This document shows, piece after piece, positions 46,983-56,201 of a stretch of DNA of 64,000 nt; within the stretch, counting starts at the first letter, position 1, and every line of letters starts with the position of its first letter. The stretch covers positions 1,366-65,365 of the forward strand of contig JAUVII010000003.1 of NCBI GenBank assembly GCA_030592845.1, in the 5' to 3' direction. Below the pieces are notes generated by a model. That model searched no databases and was not told the DNA's origin. It saw only the letters and a program-made list of their open reading frames with translations. Both the position numbers and the translations under genes were made by a program. The stretch comes from Candidatus Krumholzibacteriia bacterium. Lineage in GTDB: Bacteria; Krumholzibacteriota; Krumholzibacteriia; LZORAL124-64-63.

Positions 46983-48917
46983 ATGTCGCATCAGGGTCTT
47001 GGCCGCAAGGCCGGTAAGATCACACTCCTGGCCTCACTAACCTGTCTGCTGCTGGCCGTTCCCGTCCTGGCCGACTATGAACCCGATCCCTCCGCGGCCC
47101 GCGCCACCGTTCCCGAACAATACCAGTGGAACTCCAGCCACATCTTCCCCGACAATGAGGCCTGGCGGGCGGAGTTGGACGCCATCGGCGACGATATTCC
47201 CAAGCTCATGGAATTCCAGGGGCGTCTGGGGGAATCAGCGGCCATCATGCTGGACGCCAACCGGGCCACCCACGACATGATGATCCGGTTGTACAAGCTC
47301 TATGTCTACGCCCAGACCCTCTATGATGTTGACCAGGGCAACAACGAGCACCGGCAGATGCAAGGTCAGGTCGCGGCGCTGTTCCCCTCCTTCGGCGAAG
47401 CCACCAGTTGGATGGAGCCCGAGCTCCTGGAAATCGACCCCGCCGTCATCAGGAATTTCATGGCCGAGGAAAAAGAGCTGGCGGTCTACAACTACTATTT
47501 CTCCGAACTGTGGCGCCAGCAGGAGCACACCCTCAGCAGCCCCGAAGAGCGGCTGATGGCCCTGACCGGAAACATGCGTTCGGTTCCCAGCGACGCCCAT
47601 GAGGCCCTCCTGGGTGTGGATATGCAGTTCCCCGATATCGTCGACGGCGAAGGCAACACCGTTCCGATGACCGTCAGCGGTTTTTCAGGACTGCGCTCCG
47701 ACGATTCCTACAGTGTCAGGGTCCAGGCCCGGGACGCCTTCTTCGGCACCCTGCGGGGATACGAAAACACCTTTGCCGTGTTGCTCGACGGCGCGGTCAA
47801 ATCACACATCATGTCCAAGGACGCCCGCGGGTACGACAGCTGCCTCGAGGCCTCCATGTCGCCGGACAACATCTCCACCGCCGCCTACCGGATGCTGATC
47901 GACACCGTGCGCGAGAATCTGCCCAGCACGATGCACAAATACGTCGAACTGCGCCGGAAAGTCATGGGCCTCAAGGGGCCGCTGACCTTCCCCAACCTCT
48001 ACAACGCCATGATCGAAGGGGTGGAACCCAATTACTCCTACGCCGACGCGCAGGTAGTCATCGCCAAGGGCTTGAAACCCCTGGGCAAGGAATACGTGGG
48101 ACTGCTGACCGAGGGCATGGACCCGAACAGCGGGTGGATCGACATCTACCCCAACGAGGACAAACGCAGCGGCGCCTACAGCAACGGCGTGCTGGCCAAG
48201 GACATCCATCCCTACGTGCTGCATAACTTCGACAACACCCTGGACGCCGTCTCCACCACGGCCCACGAAATGGGCCACGCGCTGCACTCGGTCTACAGCA
48301 ACCGCAACCAGCCGCCCATCTACGCCGGTTACACGACCTTCCTGGCGGAGATCGCGTCTACCTGCAACGAAGCCCTGCTGACGAACTACATGCTGGCCGA
48401 GGCCGACGACGTGGATGTCAAGCTGATGCTTCTGAACCAGAGACTGGAGTCGATCAGGCTGACCATTTTCCGTCAGACCCTGTTCGCCGATTTCGAGTTG
48501 CGGTTCCACGAGCACGCCGAAGCCGGCAACCCGCTGACCGCCGAGTACCTGAACACCCTGTACGCCGAAATGGTCAAGGAATACTACGGTGCCGGGTTTG
48601 AGATGGGTCCGGATGACGAATGCGAATGGATGTTCATCCCCCACTTCTACTACAACTTCTACGTGTTCACCTACGCCACGGGACTGACCAGCGGCCTGGC
48701 CCTTGCGGACGAGATCACCGCCCATGGCGACGAGGCCGCCCAGCGGTACATCGACAACATGCTGAAGGCCGGATCGAGCGCGCCCCCGCTGGAGATCCTG
48801 CGGAACGCGGGCGTCGATCTCGAAACCCCCGCGCCCATCGTCAGCGCCATGAAGATGTTCGAAGATACCATTGAGGAATTCGACCGTCTGTGGACCAAGA
48901 AGTACGGGAAGATGTAG
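46983..48917 (+). CDS. pepF: Oligoendopeptidase F-like M3B metallopeptidase, probably exported
   Basis: 644 aa. TTAHEMGHALHS (HExxH); N-terminal hydrophobic signal-like segment; M3B-like length. Confidence 0.8.
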   Translation: MSHQGLGRKAGKITLLASLTCLLLAVPVLADYEPDPSAARATVPEQYQWNSSHIFPDNEAWRAELDAIGDDIPKLMEFQGRLGESAAIMLDANRATHDMMIRLYKLYVYAQTLYDVDQGNNEHRQMQGQVAALFPSFGEATSWMEPELLEIDPAVIRNFMAEEKELAVYNYYFSELWRQQEHTLSSPEERLMALTGNMRSVPSDAHEALLGVDMQFPDIVDGEGNTVPMTVSGFSGLRSDDSYSVRVQARDAFFGTLRGYENTFAVLLDGAVKSHIMSKDARGYDSCLEASMSPDNISTAAYRMLIDTVRENLPSTMHKYVELRRKVMGLKGPLTFPNLYNAMIEGVEPNYSYADAQVVIAKGLKPLGKEYVGLLTEGMDPNSGWIDIYPNEDKRSGAYSNGVLAKDIHPYVLHNFDNTLDAVSTTAHEMGHALHSVYSNRNQPPIYAGYTTFLAEIASTCNEALLTNYMLAEADDVDVKLMLLNQRLESIRLTIFRQTLFADFELRFHEHAEAGNPLTAEYLNTLYAEMVKEYYGAGFEMGPDDECEWMFIPHFYYNFYVFTYATGLTSGLALADEITAHGDEAAQRYIDNMLKAGSSAPPLEILRNAGVDLETPAPIVSAMKMFEDTIEEFDRLWTKKYGKM

Positions 48918-48940
48918 AAAGGGGCTTCAGCCCCAATCGA

Positions 48941-48975
48941 AACGGAAAAAAGAAGCCCCCTCGCAAGAGGGGGCT
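48941..48975 (-). terminator. Rho-independent terminator after tRNA-Lys (also faces the pepF 3' end)
   Basis: AGCCCCCT-CGCA-AGGGGGCT hairpin (48954-48975). Followed on the minus strand by TTCTTTTTTCC. Confidence 0.7.
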
Positions 48976-48981
48976 GATCTT

Positions 48982-49057
48982 TGGTAGGCCACCCAGGACT
49001 CGAACCTGGCACAACCTCCTTAAAAGGGAGATGCTCTACCTGATGAGCTAGTGGCCC
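48982..49057 (-). tRNA. tRNA-Lys (anticodon UUU), CCA encoded
   Basis: 76 nt, folded by hand. Acceptor GGGCCAC/GTGGCCT; D stem GCTC/GAGC; anticodon stem TCTCC/GGAGG with loop CTTTTAA; T arm CCAGG-TTCGAGT-CCTGG; ACCA 3' end. Confidence 0.95.
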
Positions 49058-49092
49058 ACCCGAATCGGGTGCTGAATTACCGCAGGTTCCGC

Positions 49093-49121
49093 AATATAAA
49101 TTACACCCCGGCCGCTGTCAA
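49093..49121 (-). promoter_or_regulatory. sigma70-type promoter for tRNA-Lys
   Basis: Minus strand reads TTGACA (49121-49116), 17 nt, then TATATT (49098-49093). Lies ~35 nt upstream of the tRNA 5' end. Confidence 0.6.
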
Positions 49122-49144
49122 AGGATTCGGGGCAATCGGCAGGA

Positions 49145-50440
49145 TCAGGTCGTGACACCTGTTTCGGTCCAGATCATCTGCTCCCGGTCCCGCCCCACAC
49201 TAACCCCGACGATCAGGGTTCCGAGTTCCCTTTCCAGAAACTCCAGATACTTGCGGGCAGCCGCGGGAAGATCGATCAGCCGCCGGCAATCAACGGTCGG
49301 CTTTTCCCAGCCCGCGAACTCCCGATAGACGGGGCGGCAGCGAGGCAGCGCTTCGCTGAGCACGGGGTACGTGGTGATCTCATCCTCGTCCAACTCATAG
49401 GCCGTGGCTACCTGGATCGCCGCCATGTCGTCCAGGACATCCAGTTTCGTGATGATCACACCGGTCATGCCGTTGATGTCGACGGCGTACCGCGCGGACA
49501 CCAGGTCAAACCAGCCGCACCGCCGCGCCCTGCCGGTGGTGGCGCCGTATTCGCCCCCCGCGTCCCGCAACGCGTCACCCTTTTCACCCAGAAGCTCGCT
49601 GGGAAAGGGCCCGTTGCCGACACGCGTGCAGTAGGCCTTGAAGATACCGTTGATGTCCCCGAGCACCCGGGGCGGCAAACCCGTTCCGGTCAGGGCCCCT
49701 CCGATGGTGCTGTTGCTGCTGGTCACGAAGGGAAAGGTCCCGTGGTCGATGTCCAGCATGGTGCCCTGGGCCCCTTCGAACAGGGCGGTCTCGGTGCCCT
49801 CCCTGACCGGACGCAAAACGTCGTAGGGATTGACCACCATGGGGGCGACAAACTGCGCCAACACCACCAGTTCCTCGGCGAGGACCCGCGCGGGCAGCGG
49901 TTCGGCGTCATAGAACTCGCTCAAAATTTCGTTGGCCGAGAGGATCTTCTCAATGGCCTTGCGCTCCAGGTTCTCGGTGGGCATCAGGAGGTCCCCCATC
50001 CTCAGCCCGGTCCGCTGGATCTTGTCCAGATAGGCGGGCCCGATGCCTCGCCCGGTGGTCCCGATGCTCTTGCGTTTCAGGCGGGTTTCCCGCAGTTCGT
50101 CCAGTCTCTTGTGGTAGGGCATCAGCAAGGTGGCCGTGGCTGAAATGTGAAGGCGGTCCCTTACCTCGTGACCCCTTTGTTCCAGAGCCAGGATTTCATC
50201 CCGCAAACTCCAGGGATCGATCACCATGCCCCCACCGAGCAGGCAGCGGACACCCTCGTGGAGAATCCCCGAAGGGATGAGATGCAGCACATGCTTTTCC
50301 TGCCCGATGTGAATCGTATGGCCCGCATTGGCCCCGCCCTGGTAGCGAAGGACCCAGTCGACATCACGGCTCAGCGCGTCGACGATCTTGCCCTTGCCTT
50401 CGTCACCCCACTGCCCGCCGATGATTACCCGGTTTTCCAC
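49145..50440 (-). CDS. purA: Adenylosuccinate synthetase
   Basis: ORF trimmed to GTG 50440 (VENRVIIGGQWGDEGKGKIVD, the canonical PurA N-terminus). GGANAGHT; TTGRGIGPAY. Confidence 0.9.
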   Translation of the reverse strand: MENRVIIGGQWGDEGKGKIVDALSRDVDWVLRYQGGANAGHTIHIGQEKHVLHLIPSGILHEGVRCLLGGGMVIDPWSLRDEILALEQRGHEVRDRLHISATATLLMPYHKRLDELRETRLKRKSIGTTGRGIGPAYLDKIQRTGLRMGDLLMPTENLERKAIEKILSANEILSEFYDAEPLPARVLAEELVVLAQFVAPMVVNPYDVLRPVREGTETALFEGAQGTMLDIDHGTFPFVTSSNSTIGGALTGTGLPPRVLGDINGIFKAYCTRVGNGPFPSELLGEKGDALRDAGGEYGATTGRARRCGWFDLVSARYAVDINGMTGVIITKLDVLDDMAAIQVATAYELDEDEITTYPVLSEALPRCRPVYREFAGWEKPTVDCRRLIDLPAAARKYLEFLERELGTLIVGVSVGRDREQMIWTETGVTT

Positions 50441-50477
50441 TGTCCAACTCCATGGTTCGGCCAAAACAATCAGGCCC

Positions 50478-50507
50478 AAAAAAAAGACCCGCACTTCAGA
50501 ACGGGTT
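50478..50507 (-). terminator. Rho-independent terminator after the CXXCH protein gene
   Basis: Minus strand reads ACCCG-TTCTGAAGTG-CGGGT followed by T8. Confidence 0.6.
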
Positions 50508-50530
50508 ACCCGGAAAGTATCGCCCTGATG

Positions 50531-50959
50531 TCAGCGCCCGTCAAACATAGCTTTCAAGGCGCCCCAGGTTTTTTCATCCACCAGGGACCCCGATCCGCAC
50601 TCGTCCTTGACCCCCGGATTGCCGGCCTGTCTCTCCACGTTGCCGTCCGGTTCGCCGTCCCCGTCGCTGTCGCCGACCTCCACCCCGTTGAGGCAGCCGT
50701 CCCCGTCGGAATCCTGGTTGGCCAGATTGGAGTCCCAGAGACGTCCGTTGGCCAGATAATCCACACCAAAGGGGTTCAAGGTGAAGTCGGAGGCGGTGGG
50801 CTGGGCCGTCATATGGCAGCTGTGGCACAGGTTCGGCTCGGCCACCGGCAGGCGGGCCATATCGACATCGGTGGCCTGGACCGGATTTGCAGACAGGAAG
50901 GCACAAACCGCCAAGGCGGCCGCTGTGCCAAGCGAACCTGCTGATAATCCGTGTTTCAT
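50531..50959 (-). CDS. Small secreted protein with one CXXCH motif and thrombospondin-type-3-like Asp-rich repeats
   Basis: 142 aa. Signal peptide ..AVCAFLSANPVQA; LCHSCH; DSDGDGCLNGVEVGDSDGDGEPDG. Confidence 0.6.
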   Translation of the reverse strand: MKHGLSAGSLGTAAALAVCAFLSANPVQATDVDMARLPVAEPNLCHSCHMTAQPTASDFTLNPFGVDYLANGRLWDSNLANQDSDGDGCLNGVEVGDSDGDGEPDGNVERQAGNPGVKDECGSGSLVDEKTWGALKAMFDGR

Positions 50960-51069
50960 CCTGCCACCTGGGACGACGCCGCGTTCGATAACGACCGCCG
51001 TCGGAGAATCACATTTTCGTCAATCCACCATTGGCATCCGGGACGGACAAATACAGTCCGTCAACATCC

Positions 51070-51099
51070 ATTATACCTCTTCCTCTTCATTACCGTCAA
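51070..51099 (-). promoter_or_regulatory. sigma70-type promoter for the CXXCH protein gene
   Basis: Minus strand reads TTGACG (51099-51094), 18 nt, then TATAAT (51075-51070). Leaves a ~105-nt leader containing a GACGGA/TCCGTC hairpin. Confidence 0.55.
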
Positions 51100-51106
51100 A
51101 TCGCCC

Positions 51107-51694
51107 TTATTCGGCGTTGGCGGCCAGAAGAGCCTCAACCCAGCCCAGCATTTCTTCGCGCCCGGTCTTTTGAACGGCGGAAGTGGGGAAAAACGGGGTA
51201 TCACGGGGTACACCCAGAGCCTCAATAATATCCTGATATCGCTGGGAGCGGGCATTTGTTCCCACTTTATCCATCTTGGTCACGGCCAGGGCAAAGGGAT
51301 GGCCCGACTCACGGATCCAGCCGGAGACTTCCAGGTCTTCGCTGGTCGGCTGGTGCCGCGCGTCCAGAAGCTGGAACAGGGCCATGGGCCGGTCGCCAAC
51401 CATCAGATACTTGCGAAAAAGGGTCATCCAGGCCGCGCGGGTCTTTTTGCTGACCTTGGCAAATCCATAACCGGGCAAATCCACCAGATAAAACTTCCTG
51501 TCCACCATGAAATAGTTCAACAGCCGGGTCTTTCCCGGCTTTCTGCTGGTGTGGGCCATCTTGGTCCGGTTCAGGAAGTGGTTGATCAGAGATGACTTAC
51601 CACAGTTGCTGCGCCCGATAAAGGCAAACTCAGGCAGGATCAGATCCGGTCGGCCCTTCAGGTCGGGACTGCTGGTGATGAATTCCACTTCCAT
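51107..51694 (-). CDS. engB: Ribosome-biogenesis GTPase YihA/YsxC
   Basis: ORF trimmed to ATG 51694. GRSNCGKSSLIN (G1); DLPGYG (G3); starts 7 nt after the lon stop. Confidence 0.9.
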   Translation of the reverse strand: MEVEFITSSPDLKGRPDLILPEFAFIGRSNCGKSSLINHFLNRTKMAHTSRKPGKTRLLNYFMVDRKFYLVDLPGYGFAKVSKKTRAAWMTLFRKYLMVGDRPMALFQLLDARHQPTSEDLEVSGWIRESGHPFALAVTKMDKVGTNARSQRYQDIIEALGVPRDTPFFPTSAVQKTGREEMLGWVEALLAANAE

Positions 51695-51701
51695 GCGGGG
51701 C

Positions 51702-54137
51702 TCAGGCTTTCCGGGCGCGGGCGGCAGGCTTGTTGGCGCCGGTGGTTTTAACACGACGAGCGGCCCGGCGGGCCGTGCTCTTCAATTTTCCGCCATCGAC
51801 CAGGGCCAGGACCAGCACCTCATCCATGGTTTCCACCAGATGGACAGTCAACTTGTCGCGAACAACTTCGGAGAGTTCACGGAAATCCTTCTCGTTGTCC
51901 TTGGGGATAATCAGGTGCGTGCTGCCCGCCCGGACGGCGGCGACAGCCTTCTCGGGCAGGCCTCCGATGGGCAGGACCTTTCCGCGCAAGGTCACCTCGC
52001 CGGTCATGGCGACATCCGAACGGACGGGAATATCCCGCAAAAGCGAAACGATGGCCGTGGCCATGGCCACCCCGGCGCTGGGCCCGTCCTTGGGGATGGC
52101 GCCCTCCGGCACGTGGATATGGATCTGGCTCTTCTTGAACCAGTCGCCGGACATTTCCCGGCACAGCCCCCGCGCATAGCTGAGGGCGGTCTCGGCGGAT
52201 TCCTTCATCACGTCCTTCAGGTTGCCCGTGATGGTGACTTTTCCGCTGCCGGGAACCGAGGCCACCTCAATTTCGAGGATTTCCCCGCCGGCCATGGTCC
52301 AGGCCAGCCCCACCACGACACCGACTTCCGGTTCGCGGTCCACCAGCTTGCGGCGAAACTTGGGAATGCCCAGGTATTTCTGGACCGTGCGGTCGGTCAC
52401 CGCCCCGGGGAAGGTGTTTTTTTCGGCGTGGTGTTTGGCGACCTTGCGGCAGATCCCGGCGATTTCCCGCTCCAGGTTCCGCACCCCCGATTCGCGGGTA
52501 TAACCATCGATGATGGCCTGGAAGGCGGACCGTTTGAACCCGCCGGTCCATTTGGCGACGCCGTTGCGCTTCATCTGCCGCGGGGCAAGAAACCGTTCGG
52601 CGATGACCAGTTTTTCGTGCTCCAGATATCCGGGGATCCGGATGATCTCCATGCGGTCTTCCAGGGCCGGGGGTATGGAATGCAGACTGTTGGCCGTGGT
52701 GATGAACATGACGTTGCTGAGGTCGAATTCCACTTCCAGATAGTGGTCGCTGAAAGTGCCGTTCTGTTCCGGATCCAGAACCTCCAGCAGGGCGCTGGCC
52801 GGGTCACCCCGGAAATCCGAGCCCATCTTGTCGATCTCATCCAGCAGGAAAACAGGGTTGCGCGTGCCGGCCTTGCGCAGGGAATCGATGATGCGGCCGG
52901 GTTTACTCCCGATGTAGGTTCGGCGGTGACCCCGGATCTCCGCTTCGTCACGGACACCCCCGAGGCTGATCCGCACGAATTTCTTGTTGATGCTGTCGGC
53001 GATGCTCCGGCCCAGGCTGGTTTTGCCAACCCCCGGGGGGCCCACCAGACACAGGATCGTCCCCTGCGTCTTTTTGGTCAGCTTGTAGACCGCAAGGAAT
53101 TCGACGATGCGTTCCTTTACCTTTTCCAGCCCGTAGTGGTCCGCATCCAGCCTTTCACGGACCTTGGCGGTATCCATCCGGTCCCGGGATTTCTTTTTCC
53201 AGGGCAAGGAAAGCAGGGTGTCGAGGTAATTGCGCACCACGGAGGCCTCGGGACTCATGGGCGACATCCGCTCCAGACGGTTCACTTCCCGCCGGGCCAC
53301 TTCCATGGCCTCGCTGCTAAGGTCGCTTTCGTCGATCCGCAGACTGTATTCCTCGATCTCGGAGTCCTCGTCGGCCGTGAAGCCGAGTTCCTTGCGGATG
53401 GCCCGCAGCTGTTCGTTGAGGTAGAACTCCCGCTGGTTGCGCTGAACCTGGGACTGAACCTCGCCGTCGATGCGCTGCTCGATTTCCAGGATATCCAGTT
53501 CGTTGGCCAGGATCTGATTGATGCGTTTCAGGCGCAGGCCGAGATCGGATTCTTCGAGCAGTTCCTGCTTGAGGGGCACCCGGCCCAGGATATAGGCGCT
53601 GATGGAGTCGGCCATCCTGGCGATCTCGTCAATATTCAACACCGACAGCAAAACCTCGTCGGGCAGTCTCTTGTTGAGGCGCACATATTCCTTGAACCGT
53701 TCCTTGATGGATCGGCTCAGGGCCTCGACCTCGGTGCCGGCGGCGCTGATCTCCTCGGCCGGGCTGATATCCACTTCCAGGAAACCTTCGGCCAGGACCA
53801 CCTTTTCCACCCGGACCCTGGCTACGCCCTCGACCAGGATTTTCAGGGTCTCATCCGGGGTGCGGATGATCTGCAGAACCTTGATGACGGTTCCGAATTC
53901 GTAAAGATCGTCTCCGACGGGTTCCTCGGTTTCCGGCTCTTTCTGAGCTATCACACACAGGAACTTGTCCCTTTCCATGGCCGCTTCGACGGCGGCCACG
54001 GAGCGGGGCCTGCCGACCAGCAGGGGCGTCACCATGTAGGGGAAAACCACGACATCCCGCAAAGGCAGCAGGGGCAGCTCACCGGGCAGAAGGACGTCAT
54101 CGCCATCCCGGGTAATGATAAAATCGCTGGAACTCAT
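51702..54137 (-). CDS. lon: ATP-dependent Lon protease
   Basis: ORF trimmed to ATG 54137 (..LPLLPLRDVVVFPYMVTPLLVGR). GPPGVGKTS; protease motif PKDGPSAGVAMATA. Confidence 0.95.
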   Translation of the reverse strand: MSSSDFIITRDGDDVLLPGELPLLPLRDVVVFPYMVTPLLVGRPRSVAAVEAAMERDKFLCVIAQKEPETEEPVGDDLYEFGTVIKVLQIIRTPDETLKILVEGVARVRVEKVVLAEGFLEVDISPAEEISAAGTEVEALSRSIKERFKEYVRLNKRLPDEVLLSVLNIDEIARMADSISAYILGRVPLKQELLEESDLGLRLKRINQILANELDILEIEQRIDGEVQSQVQRNQREFYLNEQLRAIRKELGFTADEDSEIEEYSLRIDESDLSSEAMEVARREVNRLERMSPMSPEASVVRNYLDTLLSLPWKKKSRDRMDTAKVRERLDADHYGLEKVKERIVEFLAVYKLTKKTQGTILCLVGPPGVGKTSLGRSIADSINKKFVRISLGGVRDEAEIRGHRRTYIGSKPGRIIDSLRKAGTRNPVFLLDEIDKMGSDFRGDPASALLEVLDPEQNGTFSDHYLEVEFDLSNVMFITTANSLHSIPPALEDRMEIIRIPGYLEHEKLVIAERFLAPRQMKRNGVAKWTGGFKRSAFQAIIDGYTRESGVRNLEREIAGICRKVAKHHAEKNTFPGAVTDRTVQKYLGIPKFRRKLVDREPEVGVVVGLAWTMAGGEILEIEVASVPGSGKVTITGNLKDVMKESAETALSYARGLCREMSGDWFKKSQIHIHVPEGAIPKDGPSAGVAMATAIVSLLRDIPVRSDVAMTGEVTLRGKVLPIGGLPEKAVAAVRAGSTHLIIPKDNEKDFRELSEVVRDKLTVHLVETMDEVLVLALVDGGKLKSTARRAARRVKTTGANKPAARARKA

Positions 54138-54284
54138 TTTTCTCCTCGGACCGGTCGAACCGGATAACCGCAACCGGACGCCCCTGGCCGAATATTCAGG
54201 GGCGAACATTCAGGACCGGGTCGTCCACTAACTGGGGCCGCCTGGGGCCCGGTGATGACAATGCTGGGAGGTTTCTGGCTGCTC

Positions 54285-55547
54285 TTACGCTTCCTTGATG
54301 TCGATCGGGGGCTCGCCCAGCACCACTTCGGGTTCGGCCTTTTCGGCAACCGTCTCCCGGGTAATGGTAACCTGCCGGACGTCATCCTGGGAAGGAATCT
54401 CGAACATGGTGTTGCGCATGATATTTTCCAGAATGGAACGCAGGCCGCGCGCGCCGGTCTTGCGATCGATGGCCAGATCCGCGATGGCCTGCAGGGCATC
54501 GGTCTCGAACACCAGTTCCACGTCTTCCATCTCCAGCAGTTTGATGTACTGCTTGGTCAGGGCGTTGCGGGGTTCGGTAAGAATGCGGAACATGGCGTCG
54601 CGATCCAGTTCATGCATATTGGTCACCACGGGCAACCGGCCGATGAGTTCGGGAATCAGGCCGAACTGCATCAGGTCCTGGGACTCGACCAGGCTCAGGA
54701 ATTCCTCCCGCTCTTCGCTGATGGAGAATTCTTCCTCGCGGCCGAAGCCCAACACGTTCCGTCCCACCCGGCGTTCGACGATCTTTTCCAGACCCTGGAA
54801 AGCGCCGCCGCAGATGAACAGGATGTTCTTGGTATTGACCTCGAGGTATTTCTGCTGAGGGTGCTTGCGTCCGCCCTGGGGCGGCACGTTGGCCACGGTT
54901 CCCTCGAGAATCTTGAGCAGGGCCTGCTGAACCCCTTCACCGGAGACATCCCGGGTGATCGAAGGATTGCCGCTTTTGCGGCCGATCTTGTCGATCTCGT
55001 CAACATAGACGATACCCTGTTCGGCCGCGGGAATACTGTAATCCGCCGCCTGGAGCAGCCGGACGAGAATATTCTCGACATCTTCCCCCACGTAACCGGC
55101 CTCGGTCAAGGCGGTGGCGTCGGCGATGGCGAACGGCACGTTGAGGTACCGGGCCAGAGTCTGTGCCAGAAGCGTTTTTCCGGTACCGGTATTTCCCAGG
55201 AGCAGGATGTTGCTCTTGTCGATCTCCACCCCGTCGCTGGTCTTTTTCTGGTGGATTCGTTTGTAATGGTTGTAAACGGCCACCGACAGGCTGATCTTGG
55301 CGTCCTCCTGCCCGATCACGTAGGTATCCAGGAATTCCCGGATTTCTTTCGGCTTCGGGAACTGGGGCGGCGCCAGGGAGGCCTCGTCGAGAAGTTCGCC
55401 CTCGAGGATGTCATTGCACAGCTTGATGCACTCGCTGCAGATATACACGCTTGAAGGACCGGCGACCAGCTTGGCCACCTCGTCCTGGCCGCGGGCACAG
55501 AACGAACACTTGATCATTTGTGGGCTGCCGTTCTGGCGACGTTTCAT
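54285..55547 (-). CDS. clpX: ATP-dependent Clp protease ATP-binding subunit ClpX
   Basis: 420 aa. Zinc finger CSFC..CSEC; [11 protein letters not shown]; [10 protein letters not shown]. Confidence 0.95.
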   Translation of the reverse strand: MKRRQNGSPQMIKCSFCARGQDEVAKLVAGPSSVYICSECIKLCNDILEGELLDEASLAPPQFPKPKEIREFLDTYVIGQEDAKISLSVAVYNHYKRIHQKKTSDGVEIDKSNILLLGNTGTGKTLLAQTLARYLNVPFAIADATALTEAGYVGEDVENILVRLLQAADYSIPAAEQGIVYVDEIDKIGRKSGNPSITRDVSGEGVQQALLKILEGTVANVPPQGGRKHPQQKYLEVNTKNILFICGGAFQGLEKIVERRVGRNVLGFGREEEFSISEEREEFLSLVESQDLMQFGLIPELIGRLPVVTNMHELDRDAMFRILTEPRNALTKQYIKLLEMEDVELVFETDALQAIADLAIDRKTGARGLRSILENIMRNTMFEIPSQDDVRQVTITRETVAEKAEPEVVLGEPPIDIKEA

Positions 55548-55571
55548 GAGATCTCCAGCTCCATTCCCCCG

Positions 55572-56198
55572 CTATTTCTTCTTCGATCCATTTTTCTTGT
55601 CCTTGGGCGGCTCGATTTCACTCCGACTCTCGATCACTTTGTCGACGATGCCGTAGGTACAGGCCTCATCCGCGGACATGAAAAAATCCCGGTCGCTGTC
55701 GGTGCCGATTTTTTCCTCGGTTTGTCCGGTATGATTGGCAAGGATACCATAGAGTTTATCCCGGATGTTGAGGATCTCCTTGGTGTAGATCTCCAACATG
55801 CTGGCCTGACCCTGGCTGCCCCCGAGGGGCTGGTGGATCATGACCCTGGAATTCTTCAGCGCCGAGCGTTTTCCTTTCGCGCCGGCGGCCAGCAGGACAG
55901 CGCCCATGCTCGCGGCCTGCCCCATACAGATGGTAACCACATCATTTGTAATGTATTGCATCGTATCATAGATCGCAAGACCCGCGATCACGCTGCCACC
56001 GGGGCTGTTGATGTAGAGATAGATGTCCCTTTCGGGATCTTCGGCCTGCAAAAACAGCATCTGGGCGATCACCAGGTTGGCGATATTGTCATCCACGGGA
56101 AAGCCCAGAAAAATGATCCGGTCCTTCAGGAGCCGGGAATAGATATCATAAGCCCGCTCACCGTGACTGGTCTGATCGACGACTACCGGTACAAGCAT
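55572..56198 (-). CDS. clpP: ATP-dependent Clp protease proteolytic subunit
   Basis: 208 aa. YINSPGGSV; [11 protein letters not shown]; MIHQPLGG. Confidence 0.95.
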   Translation of the reverse strand: MLVPVVVDQTSHGERAYDIYSRLLKDRIIFLGFPVDDNIANLVIAQMLFLQAEDPERDIYLYINSPGGSVIAGLAIYDTMQYITNDVVTICMGQAASMGAVLLAAGAKGKRSALKNSRVMIHQPLGGSQGQASMLEIYTKEILNIRDKLYGILANHTGQTEEKIGTDSDRDFFMSADEACTYGIVDKVIESRSEIEPPKDKKNGSKKK

Positions 56199-56201
56199 TG
56201 A

